Below the pieces are notes generated by a model, which ran no database searches, was not told the DNA's origin, and saw nothing but the letters and a program-made list of their open reading frames with translations. A stretch of DNA of 64,000 nt from a virus, in IMG/VR virus record IMGVR_UViG_3300027708_000033, positions 1-64,000 of that record. One strand, given 5' to 3'. Shown here one piece after another: positions 7,851-18,308 of this stretch. A program made the position numbers and the translations under genes. How positions within the stretch are numbered: the stretch's first letter is position 1; the number at the start of each line of letters is the position of its first letter.

Positions 7851-8213
7851 ATGAGCTGCTGCCCTCCCGCTGGAATCTACAACATAGTCGCTGACCAGGG
7901 CGCAACTCTCTCGCGCGTCATAACCTGGAGAGACTCAGCTAGAAATCCATACGACATCACCGGGTACACAGCCCGCATGCAAGTCAGGTCAACAGTAGAG
8001 TCCGCATCTGTTATCCTAGAACTCACAACTGCAAACAGTCGAATTGTTCTAGGCGGCGCAACTGGTCAAGTTACACTTTCAGTAGCCGCAACAACAATGA
8101 CCTCAGTTCCAGCTGATAAATACGTCTATGACCTCGAGCTAGTCTCTGCTGCAGGTGTCGTCACCCGTTTAGTACAGGGCAATTTTGTCGTGCGTGGTGA
8201 GGTAACCCGCTAG
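7851..8213 (+). CDS. virion structural/fibre adaptor protein (BppU/LtfC-like Ig fold)
   Basis: DQGAT...DITGYTARMQVR...YVYDLEL...RLVQG.F.V..EVTR. Confidence 0.7.
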   Translation: MSCCPPAGIYNIVADQGATLSRVITWRDSARNPYDITGYTARMQVRSTVESASVILELTTANSRIVLGGATGQVTLSVAATTMTSVPADKYVYDLELVSAAGVVTRLVQGNFVVRGEVTR

Positions 8214-11200
8214 TGGCAGCCGAATTCGATGACGTCCAAAATAAAGTTTATGTAGACTCAAAAGATAAAAACTACGTCTACGTTGAGGAAGTAGTTTCTC
8301 GTGTCGAGGTCGCAATCGGAGGCCCGCAGGGAGCTAAAGGCGATACAGGTCCTCAAGGAGTAACAGGCACTGGAATTAGTTCTATTGCAAGAACGTCTGG
8401 AACCGGCGCTCCTGGAACGACAGACACCTTTACTATTACTTACACAACCGGTGCAACTACAACGTTCACTGTCTACAATGGAGCAAATGGCTCTAACGGA
8501 ACTAACGGTAGAGGCGTAACTTCAGTAGTTCGTACTTCAGGGACTGGCGCTGCTGGAACCACTGACACGTACACTATTACTTACTCAGATTCCACTACTT
8601 CTACTTTTACAGTCACAAACGGAGCCAATGGAGCCATCGGCACTGCGGCAACTATTACTGTTGGAACCGTCACCGGCCTAAGCGCCGGGTCAACTCCAAC
8701 AGTCACAAATGCTGGAAGTTCTAGTGCGGCTGTATTTAATTTTGGAATCCCTGCCGGTGTTACAGGTTCATCAGGTGTTATAGGTGTAACTTCTCCAATC
8801 ACCAACAGTGGAACAAGTACCTCAGCAACCATCGGCATTGACCAAACTCTTTTATCTTTAACTAAATCTCAAGTCGGCTTAGCAAACGTAGATAATACCT
8901 CAGATACTAATAAACCTGTTTCTACAGCAGCACAAACCGCTTTAGATTTAAAAGCAAACATTGCTTCACCAAATCTAACAGGCACCCCTTTAGCACCAAC
9001 AGCTTCTGCCGGGACAAACACAACTCAAATTGCAACTACAGCTTTTGTTGGAACTGCAGTATCTAATCTCATAGCTGCAGCTCCAGCCGCATTAGACACT
9101 CTCAACGAATTAGCAGCAGCTCTTAACAATGACGCTGCGTTCTCTACTACTGTCACAAACTCTCTAGCAGGTAAAGCAACATTAGGAGCTGCTAACGCGT
9201 TTACCGTTGGTGGCCACACGATAAGTTCTGAGGCTATCGGCGTTGTTCCACTATTACTTAAAGGTTCGTCAGGGCAAACTGCAAACTTGCTTAACTTGTC
9301 GGAGTTTGGTTCGGCAACCCCGACATCTTATTTCAACTCAACAGGGCAACTTAGAGTTCGAGCTTTTGCTGGCACGTATCCTTACGTTGCTGCTGCTATC
9401 GGCATCGAGTCTCCTACTGAATTAGGAGAAATAATCCGTGGAGCTGCAAGCCAGACAGCTGATTTGCTGCAGTACCAAAACTCTTCTGGAACGGTTTTAG
9501 GCGGATTTAACGCTTTTGGGCAAACTTACACAGGCTCAACTACAACATCAACTGGTGCAACTAACTGGGCTATTACTGCTGCAACTGCTTCATCTGCAAC
9601 CGTAGCAACATATACAGGTTCGCAGACAAGCGCAACAAACCCAGTAGTTGTCGGTCAGTTAGTAACGATTGCTGGCTTTACTACTGAAACATATTTTAAC
9701 GGCACGTTTGTTGTTACTGCTATCGGTGGCATATCAGGTGCTTGGACTTTTACAGTTCTAGGTTCTGGTTTTACAATTGCTTCTGCAACTCAGTTTGGTT
9801 ACTTCAAACTTCCTGCTCAAGCAAGTATTTCATCTACTTCACCATCTACTACTGGATTAGTGGTCAAAGGTATTCTCAACCAAGCCACAAACCTTCAAGA
9901 GTGGCAAAGTAGCACAGGTACGGCTCTTGCGAGCATCGCCCAGACCGGACAATTTAAAGCACCTAGCATTGTCGGAAGCGCTTTTCAAATTACGTCTGCT
10001 GGAGTATTTTCTAACGGTACCACTACAGCTCCAGCAAACGTTCAGTCTTATTTCTTAACCACTGCAGCAGCTAACGTAGGACAAGTCGTCCGCGGCTACG
10101 CAACCGGCGGAGCGTATGCACAGACTGCTGATTTACAGCAATGGCAAACATGGGACGGTACTACGCCAACAACGGTAGCGTTCATCTCTAACGTAGGTAA
10201 CTTCACCGCTCCATCAGTAAGCTCAACTGCAAGCATGTCTGTAGGTTCTACACTTACTGTAGGTTCCGCTCTCGCTGGAAACGCCGGTGTTGAAATTGGT
10301 AGAGTAGACGGAACTAGCTCGACACCGTTTATTGACTTCCACTCCGGTGCAACAGGAATCGACTTCGACTCTCGCATCATTGCATCCGGTGGAAATGGCA
10401 CTAACGGCCAGGGAACACTTACTTTTTACAGCGCAAGCAACTCATTTGCAGGAACAGTTAGTGCCTATAATCTAGTCTCCACAGTTGCTACCGGAACTTC
10501 ACCACTGACAGTAACGTCGACCACCAAGGTTACAAACCTAAACGCTGATTTGCTGGACGGCTACGACACTGCACAGACAGCAGTTGCCAGCACGGTAGCA
10601 GTTAGAGATACTGCAGGAGCACTATATGCTTTAGGTTTAATTTCTTCTGGCTATAAGACCACGGACACCGGTGGAACCTACGTTGGTCAGTGGACCAAGG
10701 TAGTAACACTTACCATGGCTTCTCAATACACCAATGCCGTAGCCTTACTAGATTTTAGCTCCAATGGCCCTGGAACTACAGACATTACTCATGGACGTAT
10801 TTTTATAAGCGTTAAGCAACAGAATCCAATGGGGTCCGCTCCTGAGCAACCAACTGTAATTTTATATAACGGCTTTAACGTCACTATCGATGACTTTGCA
10901 CTAATTCTCACTCAAAACGATGCAACTACTACTAAGTACGACTTGTACTTCCGTAACAATACCGTCTATCAAAACGTCGGTTTTGTGCCAGTGGTTATTA
11001 GCAGCACGTCAAACGTTTCACTTCTGGCTGCACAGCCATACATCACTAACTTGCCAGAAGGTCTTAGTGTCAACACCACTAATCCACCAGAGACTGAAGT
11101 CACACCTATAGACGACCTATCTGTTTACTTTAACGGTGTGACTACCAGATTCTTGCTTACCTATCAAGGAACTAAAGTTTCACTAAGAAATCCATTCCGA

Positions 11201-11431
11201 CTTCTAGTCACTGTGAACGGTGTCACACAGACGGTAAACACACCAGATTACGTATGGCAGTCACCAATTCCTTACGACGGTCTGTTCTTAGACTCAGACG
11301 GTTACGTAGCGTTTTTAGATGTGCCAGCGTCAGGGTCTAAGTTTGATGGTAGGATACTAGCAGGAGCAGCGACTTCAACGAGAACTAAAAACTACCCCTT
11401 CCGCGCGGTAGATTTACTACTAGGAGCTTAA
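8213..11431 (+). CDS. tail fibre-like protein
   Basis: Short collagen stretch, duplicated RTSGTG..GTTDT.TITY unit, VGLANVDNTSD..KPVS and PAALDTLNELAAAL fibre motifs, Ser/Thr/Gly-rich. Confidence 0.75.
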   Translation: MAAEFDDVQNKVYVDSKDKNYVYVEEVVSRVEVAIGGPQGAKGDTGPQGVTGTGISSIARTSGTGAPGTTDTFTITYTTGATTTFTVYNGANGSNGTNGRGVTSVVRTSGTGAAGTTDTYTITYSDSTTSTFTVTNGANGAIGTAATITVGTVTGLSAGSTPTVTNAGSSSAAVFNFGIPAGVTGSSGVIGVTSPITNSGTSTSATIGIDQTLLSLTKSQVGLANVDNTSDTNKPVSTAAQTALDLKANIASPNLTGTPLAPTASAGTNTTQIATTAFVGTAVSNLIAAAPAALDTLNELAAALNNDAAFSTTVTNSLAGKATLGAANAFTVGGHTISSEAIGVVPLLLKGSSGQTANLLNLSEFGSATPTSYFNSTGQLRVRAFAGTYPYVAAAIGIESPTELGEIIRGAASQTADLLQYQNSSGTVLGGFNAFGQTYTGSTTTSTGATNWAITAATASSATVATYTGSQTSATNPVVVGQLVTIAGFTTETYFNGTFVVTAIGGISGAWTFTVLGSGFTIASATQFGYFKLPAQASISSTSPSTTGLVVKGILNQATNLQEWQSSTGTALASIAQTGQFKAPSIVGSAFQITSAGVFSNGTTTAPANVQSYFLTTAAANVGQVVRGYATGGAYAQTADLQQWQTWDGTTPTTVAFISNVGNFTAPSVSSTASMSVGSTLTVGSALAGNAGVEIGRVDGTSSTPFIDFHSGATGIDFDSRIIASGGNGTNGQGTLTFYSASNSFAGTVSAYNLVSTVATGTSPLTVTSTTKVTNLNADLLDGYDTAQTAVASTVAVRDTAGALYALGLISSGYKTTDTGGTYVGQWTKVVTLTMASQYTNAVALLDFSSNGPGTTDITHGRIFISVKQQNPMGSAPEQPTVILYNGFNVTIDDFALILTQNDATTTKYDLYFRNNTVYQNVGFVPVVISSTSNVSLLAAQPYITNLPEGLSVNTTNPPETEVTPIDDLSVYFNGVTTRFLLTYQGTKVSLRNPFRLLVTVNGVTQTVNTPDYVWQSPIPYDGLFLDSDGYVAFLDVPASGSKFDGRILAGAATSTRTKNYPFRAVDLLLGA

Positions 11432-11435
11432 TTAA

Positions 11436-14400
11436 ATGGCTAGAAAAATCATTCTAGAGACGGTCTACACATTTGTACCTGCTACGCGTGTAATCACAAT
11501 TCCTAAGTACATTCCTCGTGAGCGCCTAGTGCTCATCACAAACGTGACGACAAACCAGGTCATCTACAACTTCTCAGACCCGAGCCTCCGTGCTACAGCG
11601 TACACAGCTACAGTCGCACAAGGTACTCAGGTAGAATCAACTAGCATCACTCTAAACTACAATACCGCACTGATGACCTCAACTGACAAGTTGCAGATTA
11701 CCATTGACGAGTACACTGAAAAGTTTGAGCCAGCGGAAACAATGATGGACCCGACTAACAAGTTGCGTGTCACACAGCCACAGGCTTTGATTGACACAGA
11801 CTTTGAGTATGGAACACAGGCCACAAAGTGGGAAACCGTATCTACCACAAACCAAATTCCATCTACGTACCTTCCTCCAGCAGTCATACCAAACATCTCA
11901 GGTATTGCAATGAGCACAGGAAGCAAAACTGTTACAGTGACAACATCAGCTGCACACGGTCTTGTTGCAGGAAACACTGTTAGCGTTTTTGATACCTATC
12001 TAGTTATCGCTAATGGTAACTATGTTGTAGATTCTGTTACGAGCACAACATTTAGTTATACTGCGCAGTCCCAAAATACAACTACAATTACAGCGATTTG
12101 GGATGCAAATAGAACTTTAGTTTATCAAACATCTTTCTACACCGGTGCATCTATCGGTGCCGCTGCTCCGTCAAACGTAACCTATAGCGGTTCAGCTGTG
12201 ACCGTAACTTTCACTCAACCACATAACCTTCTTGTTGGAAACGAGATTACAGTTGTCGGTCTTGCTGGAGCTACAAACCCACCAAATGGAGCATTTGTTG
12301 TCGCAACAGTGACCTCACCGACATCGTTTATTTACTACTACACGGCTGCTTCTATCTCTGGAACAATTACGTTTGGTTCTGCCGCAGTCTATCCTCGTCC
12401 ACAAGGTTCAGTAGTTCACCGTCCGGCAGACGGCGGTGTTTTATTTACAAACGGCGCGTCTTCGCCAAACCAAATGACTGCTCGACAGACTCGTCGCTAC
12501 TTCCGTTATCAGTCAGGTAAAGGTATTCAGGCTTCATCAGGTACAGTTCTAAAGCCAAACTTTCAAGTAGACTCACTAACCTCATCTGGTACAACAGTTA
12601 CAGTTCAGACAAAAGAACGTCACGGTCTTCTTCCAGGTGCAACCGTTACAGTCACTGGTGCAACTGAAACTGCGTACAACGGAACCTTTACGCTATCCGC
12701 ATCACAAATTATTTCATCGACTAAGTTCCAGTACACAGCTGGTTCAACTCCAACTGCGACTACAGCATCAGGAACGTACTCTATAGCAGCTAACACCTGG
12801 TTTGGGTCTACTAACCGACTAGGTATCTTTGACCAGCAGAACGGACTGTTCTGGGAATTTGATGGTCAGACTCTCTACGCTGTGCGTCGTTCTTCAACCT
12901 ACCAACTTTCAGGTAGGGTATCAGTGACAAATGGCTCGTCAACTATCTCACAGACAGACGCTGCGTTCCCAACAACGTTCTCAAAGCAAGCAACGGTTGG
13001 AGACAACATTGTTCTTCGTGGGCAAAACTATCGCGTAACAGCAATTGCAAGCGATACTTCTATGACAGTTAGCCCGGCCTATCGAGGAGTAACATCTACG
13101 ATGGTTACCGCGTCTAAGATAATTGAAACAAGGATTGCTCAGTCAGCATTTAACATTGACAGAATAGATGGTACAGGTCCTTCAGGGTACAACATTGACC
13201 TTACTAAAATGCAGATGTTCTACATCGACTACACATGGTACGGTGCCGGTTTTGTTCGCTTTGGTGTTCGTGGTCCACAGGGTAACATAATTTATGTACA
13301 CAAAATCTCAAACAACAACGTAAACAACGAAGCGTACATGCGTTCTGGAAACCTTCCAGCTCGCTACGAATCAGCTAGCCTAGCTCCAGTCACAGTAACT
13401 ACAGCAACGGTCAACTCCGGTGACGTCACGCTAAACGTTGCAAACGCCTCTCTAACGTTGTTCCCAGCTGCGGGCACTCTAGCAATTCGTCAAGGAGCGC
13501 TAGTCGAGTACGTAAACTACACAGGCAGAACTACGACTCAGTTTACCGGCGTGACTCGTGCTCAAGCAGGAGCTGCATCACAAACATTAACTATTGCTTC
13601 TGGCGCTACATCAGGTACAGTAACTGCAAACACTGGTATTCAAATCGGCCAGCGCGTTATTTCAGACTCAGTTCCAGAAAACACTTTTGTTACAGCAATT
13701 TCTGGTACAACAATCACGCTAAGCCAAGCAGCTACAACTGCAAACCCATCAGTGGTATTTGCACCACTGGCAAGTACGGCTCAAACATTTACATTCTCAG
13801 CCACTAACCCAACTTCAGTTGAACTTGCAATCCCGCAGTTCGGCTCGTCGATTCAGCACTGGGGAACATCGGTAATCATGGACGGTCGTTTCGACGATGA
13901 CAAGTCTCTAGTCTTTACCTACGGTCAGACTGCCTTTACTAACATTCCTACATCAACAACAACAACTGCAACTACGGCAACCGGTTCAGTTGGTGCGTTA
14001 TCATTTACAGTAGCCTCCGCTACCGGCATCTTGCCAGGTATGACAGCTGTTGCTGCAGGTATTCCAACCGGTGCCATTGTTACAAACGTCAGCGGTTCAA
14101 CTATTACTATCAACCAACCGATTAGCACGGCACTTTCGACAACATCAATCACATTTACAGGTGGAAACTCAAAAGCACTATTCTCTATCCGTCTTGCTCC
14201 ATCTGTGGACAATGGTCAAACCGGTAACTTTGGTGCCCGTGAAGTTCTAAACCGCGTTCAGTTGACACTAAAGTCACTAGGTATCTCAACTAAGACTGCC
14301 AATGCTTCAATGCTTGTTCGCGCCTATCTAAATGCTGCACCAAATGGAACTACATCTTGGACAAACGCAGTCGGTAACGTCGTAGGTGCTGCAAACTCAT

Positions 14401-14669
14401 CTCTTGCACAAATTGCTGACTACGCTGCCGGGTCAACAGTAGTGTTCAACGGTGAAACTACCGGTGGATTCTTTGTTACTGCAACTGACCAACTAGACCT
14501 TTCAACAGTTCGTGACCTTGGTAACTCTATTCTTGGCGGCGGAACTACAACATCAAACACGCAAATCTATCCAGACGGTCCGGATGTTCTTACAATCGTT
14601 GTAACTAACCTTGCTGGAGCAGCCGTTGACGTACTTGGCCGACTTTCTTGGACTGAAGCTCAAGCTTAA
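11436..14669 (+). CDS. large virion structural protein with beta-rich repeat inserts
   Basis: LIDTDFEYG, RQTRRYFRYQSGKG and WYGAG core motifs plus H.L..G..V.V.G...NG repeats. Confidence 0.7.
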   Translation: MARKIILETVYTFVPATRVITIPKYIPRERLVLITNVTTNQVIYNFSDPSLRATAYTATVAQGTQVESTSITLNYNTALMTSTDKLQITIDEYTEKFEPAETMMDPTNKLRVTQPQALIDTDFEYGTQATKWETVSTTNQIPSTYLPPAVIPNISGIAMSTGSKTVTVTTSAAHGLVAGNTVSVFDTYLVIANGNYVVDSVTSTTFSYTAQSQNTTTITAIWDANRTLVYQTSFYTGASIGAAAPSNVTYSGSAVTVTFTQPHNLLVGNEITVVGLAGATNPPNGAFVVATVTSPTSFIYYYTAASISGTITFGSAAVYPRPQGSVVHRPADGGVLFTNGASSPNQMTARQTRRYFRYQSGKGIQASSGTVLKPNFQVDSLTSSGTTVTVQTKERHGLLPGATVTVTGATETAYNGTFTLSASQIISSTKFQYTAGSTPTATTASGTYSIAANTWFGSTNRLGIFDQQNGLFWEFDGQTLYAVRRSSTYQLSGRVSVTNGSSTISQTDAAFPTTFSKQATVGDNIVLRGQNYRVTAIASDTSMTVSPAYRGVTSTMVTASKIIETRIAQSAFNIDRIDGTGPSGYNIDLTKMQMFYIDYTWYGAGFVRFGVRGPQGNIIYVHKISNNNVNNEAYMRSGNLPARYESASLAPVTVTTATVNSGDVTLNVANASLTLFPAAGTLAIRQGALVEYVNYTGRTTTQFTGVTRAQAGAASQTLTIASGATSGTVTANTGIQIGQRVISDSVPENTFVTAISGTTITLSQAATTANPSVVFAPLASTAQTFTFSATNPTSVELAIPQFGSSIQHWGTSVIMDGRFDDDKSLVFTYGQTAFTNIPTSTTTTATTATGSVGALSFTVASATGILPGMTAVAAGIPTGAIVTNVSGSTITINQPISTALSTTSITFTGGNSKALFSIRLAPSVDNGQTGNFGAREVLNRVQLTLKSLGISTKTANASMLVRAYLNAAPNGTTSWTNAVGNVVGAANSSLAQIADYAAGSTVVFNGETTGGFFVTATDQLDLSTVRDLGNSILGGGTTTSNTQIYPDGPDVLTIVVTNLAGAAVDVLGRLSWTEAQA

Positions 14670-14687
14670 TTTAGAAGGAGTCAGAGT

Positions 14688-17600
14688 ATGGCTCTGAATA
14701 AAATTGCAGACAATAACGTAAGCTATCCACTTACCCTAGGCACACTTGCTGTAGACGGTACACTTACTTCTTCTGGTACCGCATTTTTTGGCTCAGGTGG
14801 CCTGACAACAGTAAACACTATTATTCGTGCTGGATTAAACCAAACCGCTGACGTATTTCAAGTACAAGACTCCACTGCAGCAAACTACCTAACCATAACT
14901 TCGTTTGGAAGTATGCAGTCCAACATAACCGGGTATCCAGCTCGCTGGTCGCTAGGAACCGGAACAGCAACAACAACGGGTTTTATTATTCGAGGCGCGA
15001 CATCTCAAACAGCAGACCTTCAGCAGTGGCAATTGACCGGCGGAACTACTGTCACAAGCATTAGTGCTAGCGGTATTTTTAACACTAACAGTTCTCAATA
15101 CGGAAACACGCTTTTATGGTCGGCTCCGGCAGCAACAACATACTATCTACTAGCAACATTGCCAATTACATCTGCCGGAACCTACGACCACTTACAGATT
15201 GAAGGCATTCACGGCGGATGGGGTTCGACTGACTTTGCAAAGTCGACTTTTACATTTGCTAACAGGAACGCTTTTAGCTGGAAACATTACATGGCTATTA
15301 GCGGAGGAACGGCTAACTTTAAACTTAGAGCCTACTCTCAAGTAGACGGTTCAGTTCAGATTTGGGCTTCTGGAGCAGCAGCTCAGTTCTTAAAGTTCGC
15401 TTACAACATTTCATCTGCACAAAACATTTCGACAGTCAAAGAACCGCTAGCGACAACTACCGCTCCATCTGGAACAGTTGTTTTTGATTCATCTGACACC
15501 ACAACGTACCCACCTGTAGAAACTAGATATGGTGGTTTTTCAGTATATGGAACTGCTACTGGAACAGTCCCTATCATAGTGCGTGGAGCAAGTGGTCAAA
15601 CTAATGATATGCAACAGTGGCTAACTTGGGATGGTACTACTGCTACATCAGTAGCAAGTATTTCAAGTACGGGAGCAGGAACATTTAGTTCAATAACTAC
15701 CTCTGGAAACTTATCTCTCACGGGCGGCAACATAGGTAATGGCACTACAGTAAACATAGTTCTATCAACTGGCAGCAATAGGTCCGTCACCCTAGCGTCA
15801 GGTACGCCTTCTCTAGGCGGTGGAACAAATGTTGTATTTATTGGTAATGCAGGAACTGCTCCTACGTCAAACCCAACTGGTGGAGGTATTCTATACGTTG
15901 ACACTGGTGCTTTAAAGTATCGCGGAACATCAGGTGCAGCAGCAACAATAGTTAATGCCGACGGAACCGACCCTAACGCTTACGCTTTACCAACAGCTTC
16001 GACTACCGTGCTAGGCGGTGTTAAAGTTGATGGGACTACTATTACTATTAATGGCTCTGGCGTTATCTCAGGGGCAAATACCTACTCGCTACCTGCAGCT
16101 TCTGCATCTGTACTTGGTGGAATCAAAGTAGGTTCAGGATTAGCCATAGATGGCTCTGATGTTCTTTCTGTTACGTATAGTTACACTTCCCCACTTACGC
16201 TAACCCCACTAACTACTGGATTCAGCATTGCTGGAGGTAGTACCACAAGTAAAACCCTGCAAGTAAACAAAACACTGACCCTAGACGGCACCGACTCTAC
16301 AACAATAACTTTCCCATCTACATCGGCAACTATTGCTAGAACAGATGCCGCTCAAACATTTACAGGCACTCAAACAATCGATGTACTTGAGGCAGCTAGC
16401 GCAACTGGAACTACATCAAGTTTATTCGGTAACGTTACTACCGGCGCAGCCAGCATCGCTGCAGGGCTGACCACAGGAACTCTAAACCTAGGGACAGGGT
16501 CTCAAGCAGCGACTGGTAGAACAGTAAACATTAACACCGGTGCCACTGGAACTACCACTATAACCACAAATATTGGTAGTGCTACTCAAGGTGCTGCTAT
16601 TAATTTTTATGCTGGACTACCAGGTTACATTTTAAACGGTTCAGGTAAATTCACTACACCTATCTCAACTGGTACTACAACAGGAATTTCTTTTACAACT
16701 GGAAACTCTACAAGTACCGGAGCTAGCGGGTCTATCACTTTAGACGTAGGAACATTCGCTACTGGTACTGCTGGTTCAATTAACATTGGTACAACTAATG
16801 AAGCAAGCGCAATTACAATTGGTAAAGCTGCTTCAACTAAGACCGTTACGCTAAATGGAATACTTGCGACTACTAGTCCGTCAATAACAACTTCTTTGAC
16901 GACTCCGTCAACTTCTTTTGACCTACTAAACACTACTGCAACTACAGTCAACTTTGCAGGTGCTGCTACAACTGCTAACTTTGCAGCAAGTTCAGCTGGA
17001 ATAATAACTTCTAAAACTGTAACAATCTCTGGTACAGTTACTACAAACACACTAGCCTCCGGTGTCACTTCAACTGTGTATGTAAACAATCATTATGCAA
17101 CTTCAGGCACCGTTGTTACCAACATAGGTGGAGGATTTAGCTTAGCTGCCACTGGAGTTTCTACCCTAAACTTAAGTGCATTTAACAGCGCTGGAGCTGG
17201 TGCCGTTTCAACTATTAACTTAGGCCTTGGCGCAACATCAGTAACTACAACTAACATCTACGGAACAACTAACCACATTGGTAACGTAAACCTATCTGGC
17301 ACTACAAGAGAACTTCAGCTAAACGGCTTAGCTGGTAATACCGGTCAAATACTCGTTTCTGCAGGTTCTGGCGCTACGCCTACGTGGACTGACCCCGGTA
17401 TGGTTCTTATTTCCTCTATAGCATTTAGCGGAACTCAACCTTCGTTTTCGACGATACCTCAAACGTACAAAAAACTTGTTGTGCAAATAGTATTTACAAA
17501 CATAGGTGGTCTTGCCGGAACATTTTCTATGAGCGTAAACAGCCGCTCCCCTGTTCCTTATACTGCATACTCAACAGGTAGCACAACATCAACAATTAGC

Positions 17601-17858
17601 ACTGGTTCTGCTGCTGGAGTAGCACTTACTCCTTCAACAATTGCACCAACAACAACTAACATATACACAATTGAAATGCCAAACTACACTTCACCAAACC
17701 CTACTATGTGGGTGTCAGGCGGTGTTGGCGCTATAGCATACTCATCTAGATGGGCACTAGCGTCAACTACTTCAGCAATAACTCAAGTTTCTTTTGAAGC
17801 AACAACCAACACTTGGACAGGTGCTACAGGCACAGCTTACGTTTATGGAGTTAACTAA
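14688..17858 (+). CDS. tail fibre-like protein
   Basis: QTAD.QQWQ repeats, LP.AS...LGG.KV fibre repeats, C-terminal F..IPQTYK.L domain. Confidence 0.75.
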   Translation: MALNKIADNNVSYPLTLGTLAVDGTLTSSGTAFFGSGGLTTVNTIIRAGLNQTADVFQVQDSTAANYLTITSFGSMQSNITGYPARWSLGTGTATTTGFIIRGATSQTADLQQWQLTGGTTVTSISASGIFNTNSSQYGNTLLWSAPAATTYYLLATLPITSAGTYDHLQIEGIHGGWGSTDFAKSTFTFANRNAFSWKHYMAISGGTANFKLRAYSQVDGSVQIWASGAAAQFLKFAYNISSAQNISTVKEPLATTTAPSGTVVFDSSDTTTYPPVETRYGGFSVYGTATGTVPIIVRGASGQTNDMQQWLTWDGTTATSVASISSTGAGTFSSITTSGNLSLTGGNIGNGTTVNIVLSTGSNRSVTLASGTPSLGGGTNVVFIGNAGTAPTSNPTGGGILYVDTGALKYRGTSGAAATIVNADGTDPNAYALPTASTTVLGGVKVDGTTITINGSGVISGANTYSLPAASASVLGGIKVGSGLAIDGSDVLSVTYSYTSPLTLTPLTTGFSIAGGSTTSKTLQVNKTLTLDGTDSTTITFPSTSATIARTDAAQTFTGTQTIDVLEAASATGTTSSLFGNVTTGAASIAAGLTTGTLNLGTGSQAATGRTVNINTGATGTTTITTNIGSATQGAAINFYAGLPGYILNGSGKFTTPISTGTTTGISFTTGNSTSTGASGSITLDVGTFATGTAGSINIGTTNEASAITIGKAASTKTVTLNGILATTSPSITTSLTTPSTSFDLLNTTATTVNFAGAATTANFAASSAGIITSKTVTISGTVTTNTLASGVTSTVYVNNHYATSGTVVTNIGGGFSLAATGVSTLNLSAFNSAGAGAVSTINLGLGATSVTTTNIYGTTNHIGNVNLSGTTRELQLNGLAGNTGQILVSAGSGATPTWTDPGMVLISSIAFSGTQPSFSTIPQTYKKLVVQIVFTNIGGLAGTFSMSVNSRSPVPYTAYSTGSTTSTISTGSAAGVALTPSTIAPTTTNIYTIEMPNYTSPNPTMWVSGGVGAIAYSSRWALASTTSAITQVSFEATTNTWTGATGTAYVYGVN

Positions 17859-18049
17859 TGAATAAAATAACTGAAGTCAATTGTGAAACTGGCGAGATAA
17901 CTGAAAGAAATGAAACTCCAGAAGAACTTGCGGCAAGAGAACAGTCTGCTCGTCAAGAAGCAGAATCACTAGCCACTAGACAATCTGCACTAGCAAAGTT
18001 ACAGGCACTAGGACTTACAGAAGAAGAAGTTCAAGCTCTACTAAACTAG
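17858..18049 (+). CDS. small fibre-associated chaperone-like protein
   Basis: EVNCETGEITER...ALAKLQALGLTEEEV; coupled to the fibre gene. Confidence 0.65.
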   Translation: MNKITEVNCETGEITERNETPEELAAREQSARQEAESLATRQSALAKLQALGLTEEEVQALLN

Positions 18050-18160
18050 CTGAGCATTATGCTTTTCTTCACAGTGTCTTGCTAATGATGGCACTACATA
18101 AAACACATTACAGATGTTGCAGCGGTACGGGTCTTTTGGTACATCTTTAGTTTTATTCAA
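18041..18160 (-). CDS. 39-aa zinc-finger-like protein (not in track)
   Basis: TTG start after AAGGTG; MNKTKDVPKDPYRCNICNVFYVVPSLARHCEEKHNAQLV. Confidence 0.55.
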   Translation of the reverse strand: MNKTKDVPKDPYRCNICNVFYVVPSLARHCEEKHNAQLV

Positions 18161-18227
18161 TTTGCACCTTGCGAGTATTCAATAGGTAATTAGATACTAG
18201 CACTGCCAAAGGTACACTAAGTAGGTT

Positions 18228-18288
18228 AAAAGGTAAGAGGCCGGAACATTCCGACCTCTTCCAGATGCCTGGTCTCTCTCAGGGCATC
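18228..18288 (-). terminator. tandem hairpins, the second terminator-like
   Basis: Minus strand GATGCCCTG..CAGGCATC then AAGAGGTCGGAATGTTCCGGCCTCTT followed by ACCTTTT. Confidence 0.6.
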
Positions 18289-18308
18289 ACATAAACTGCA
18301 TTACTATT

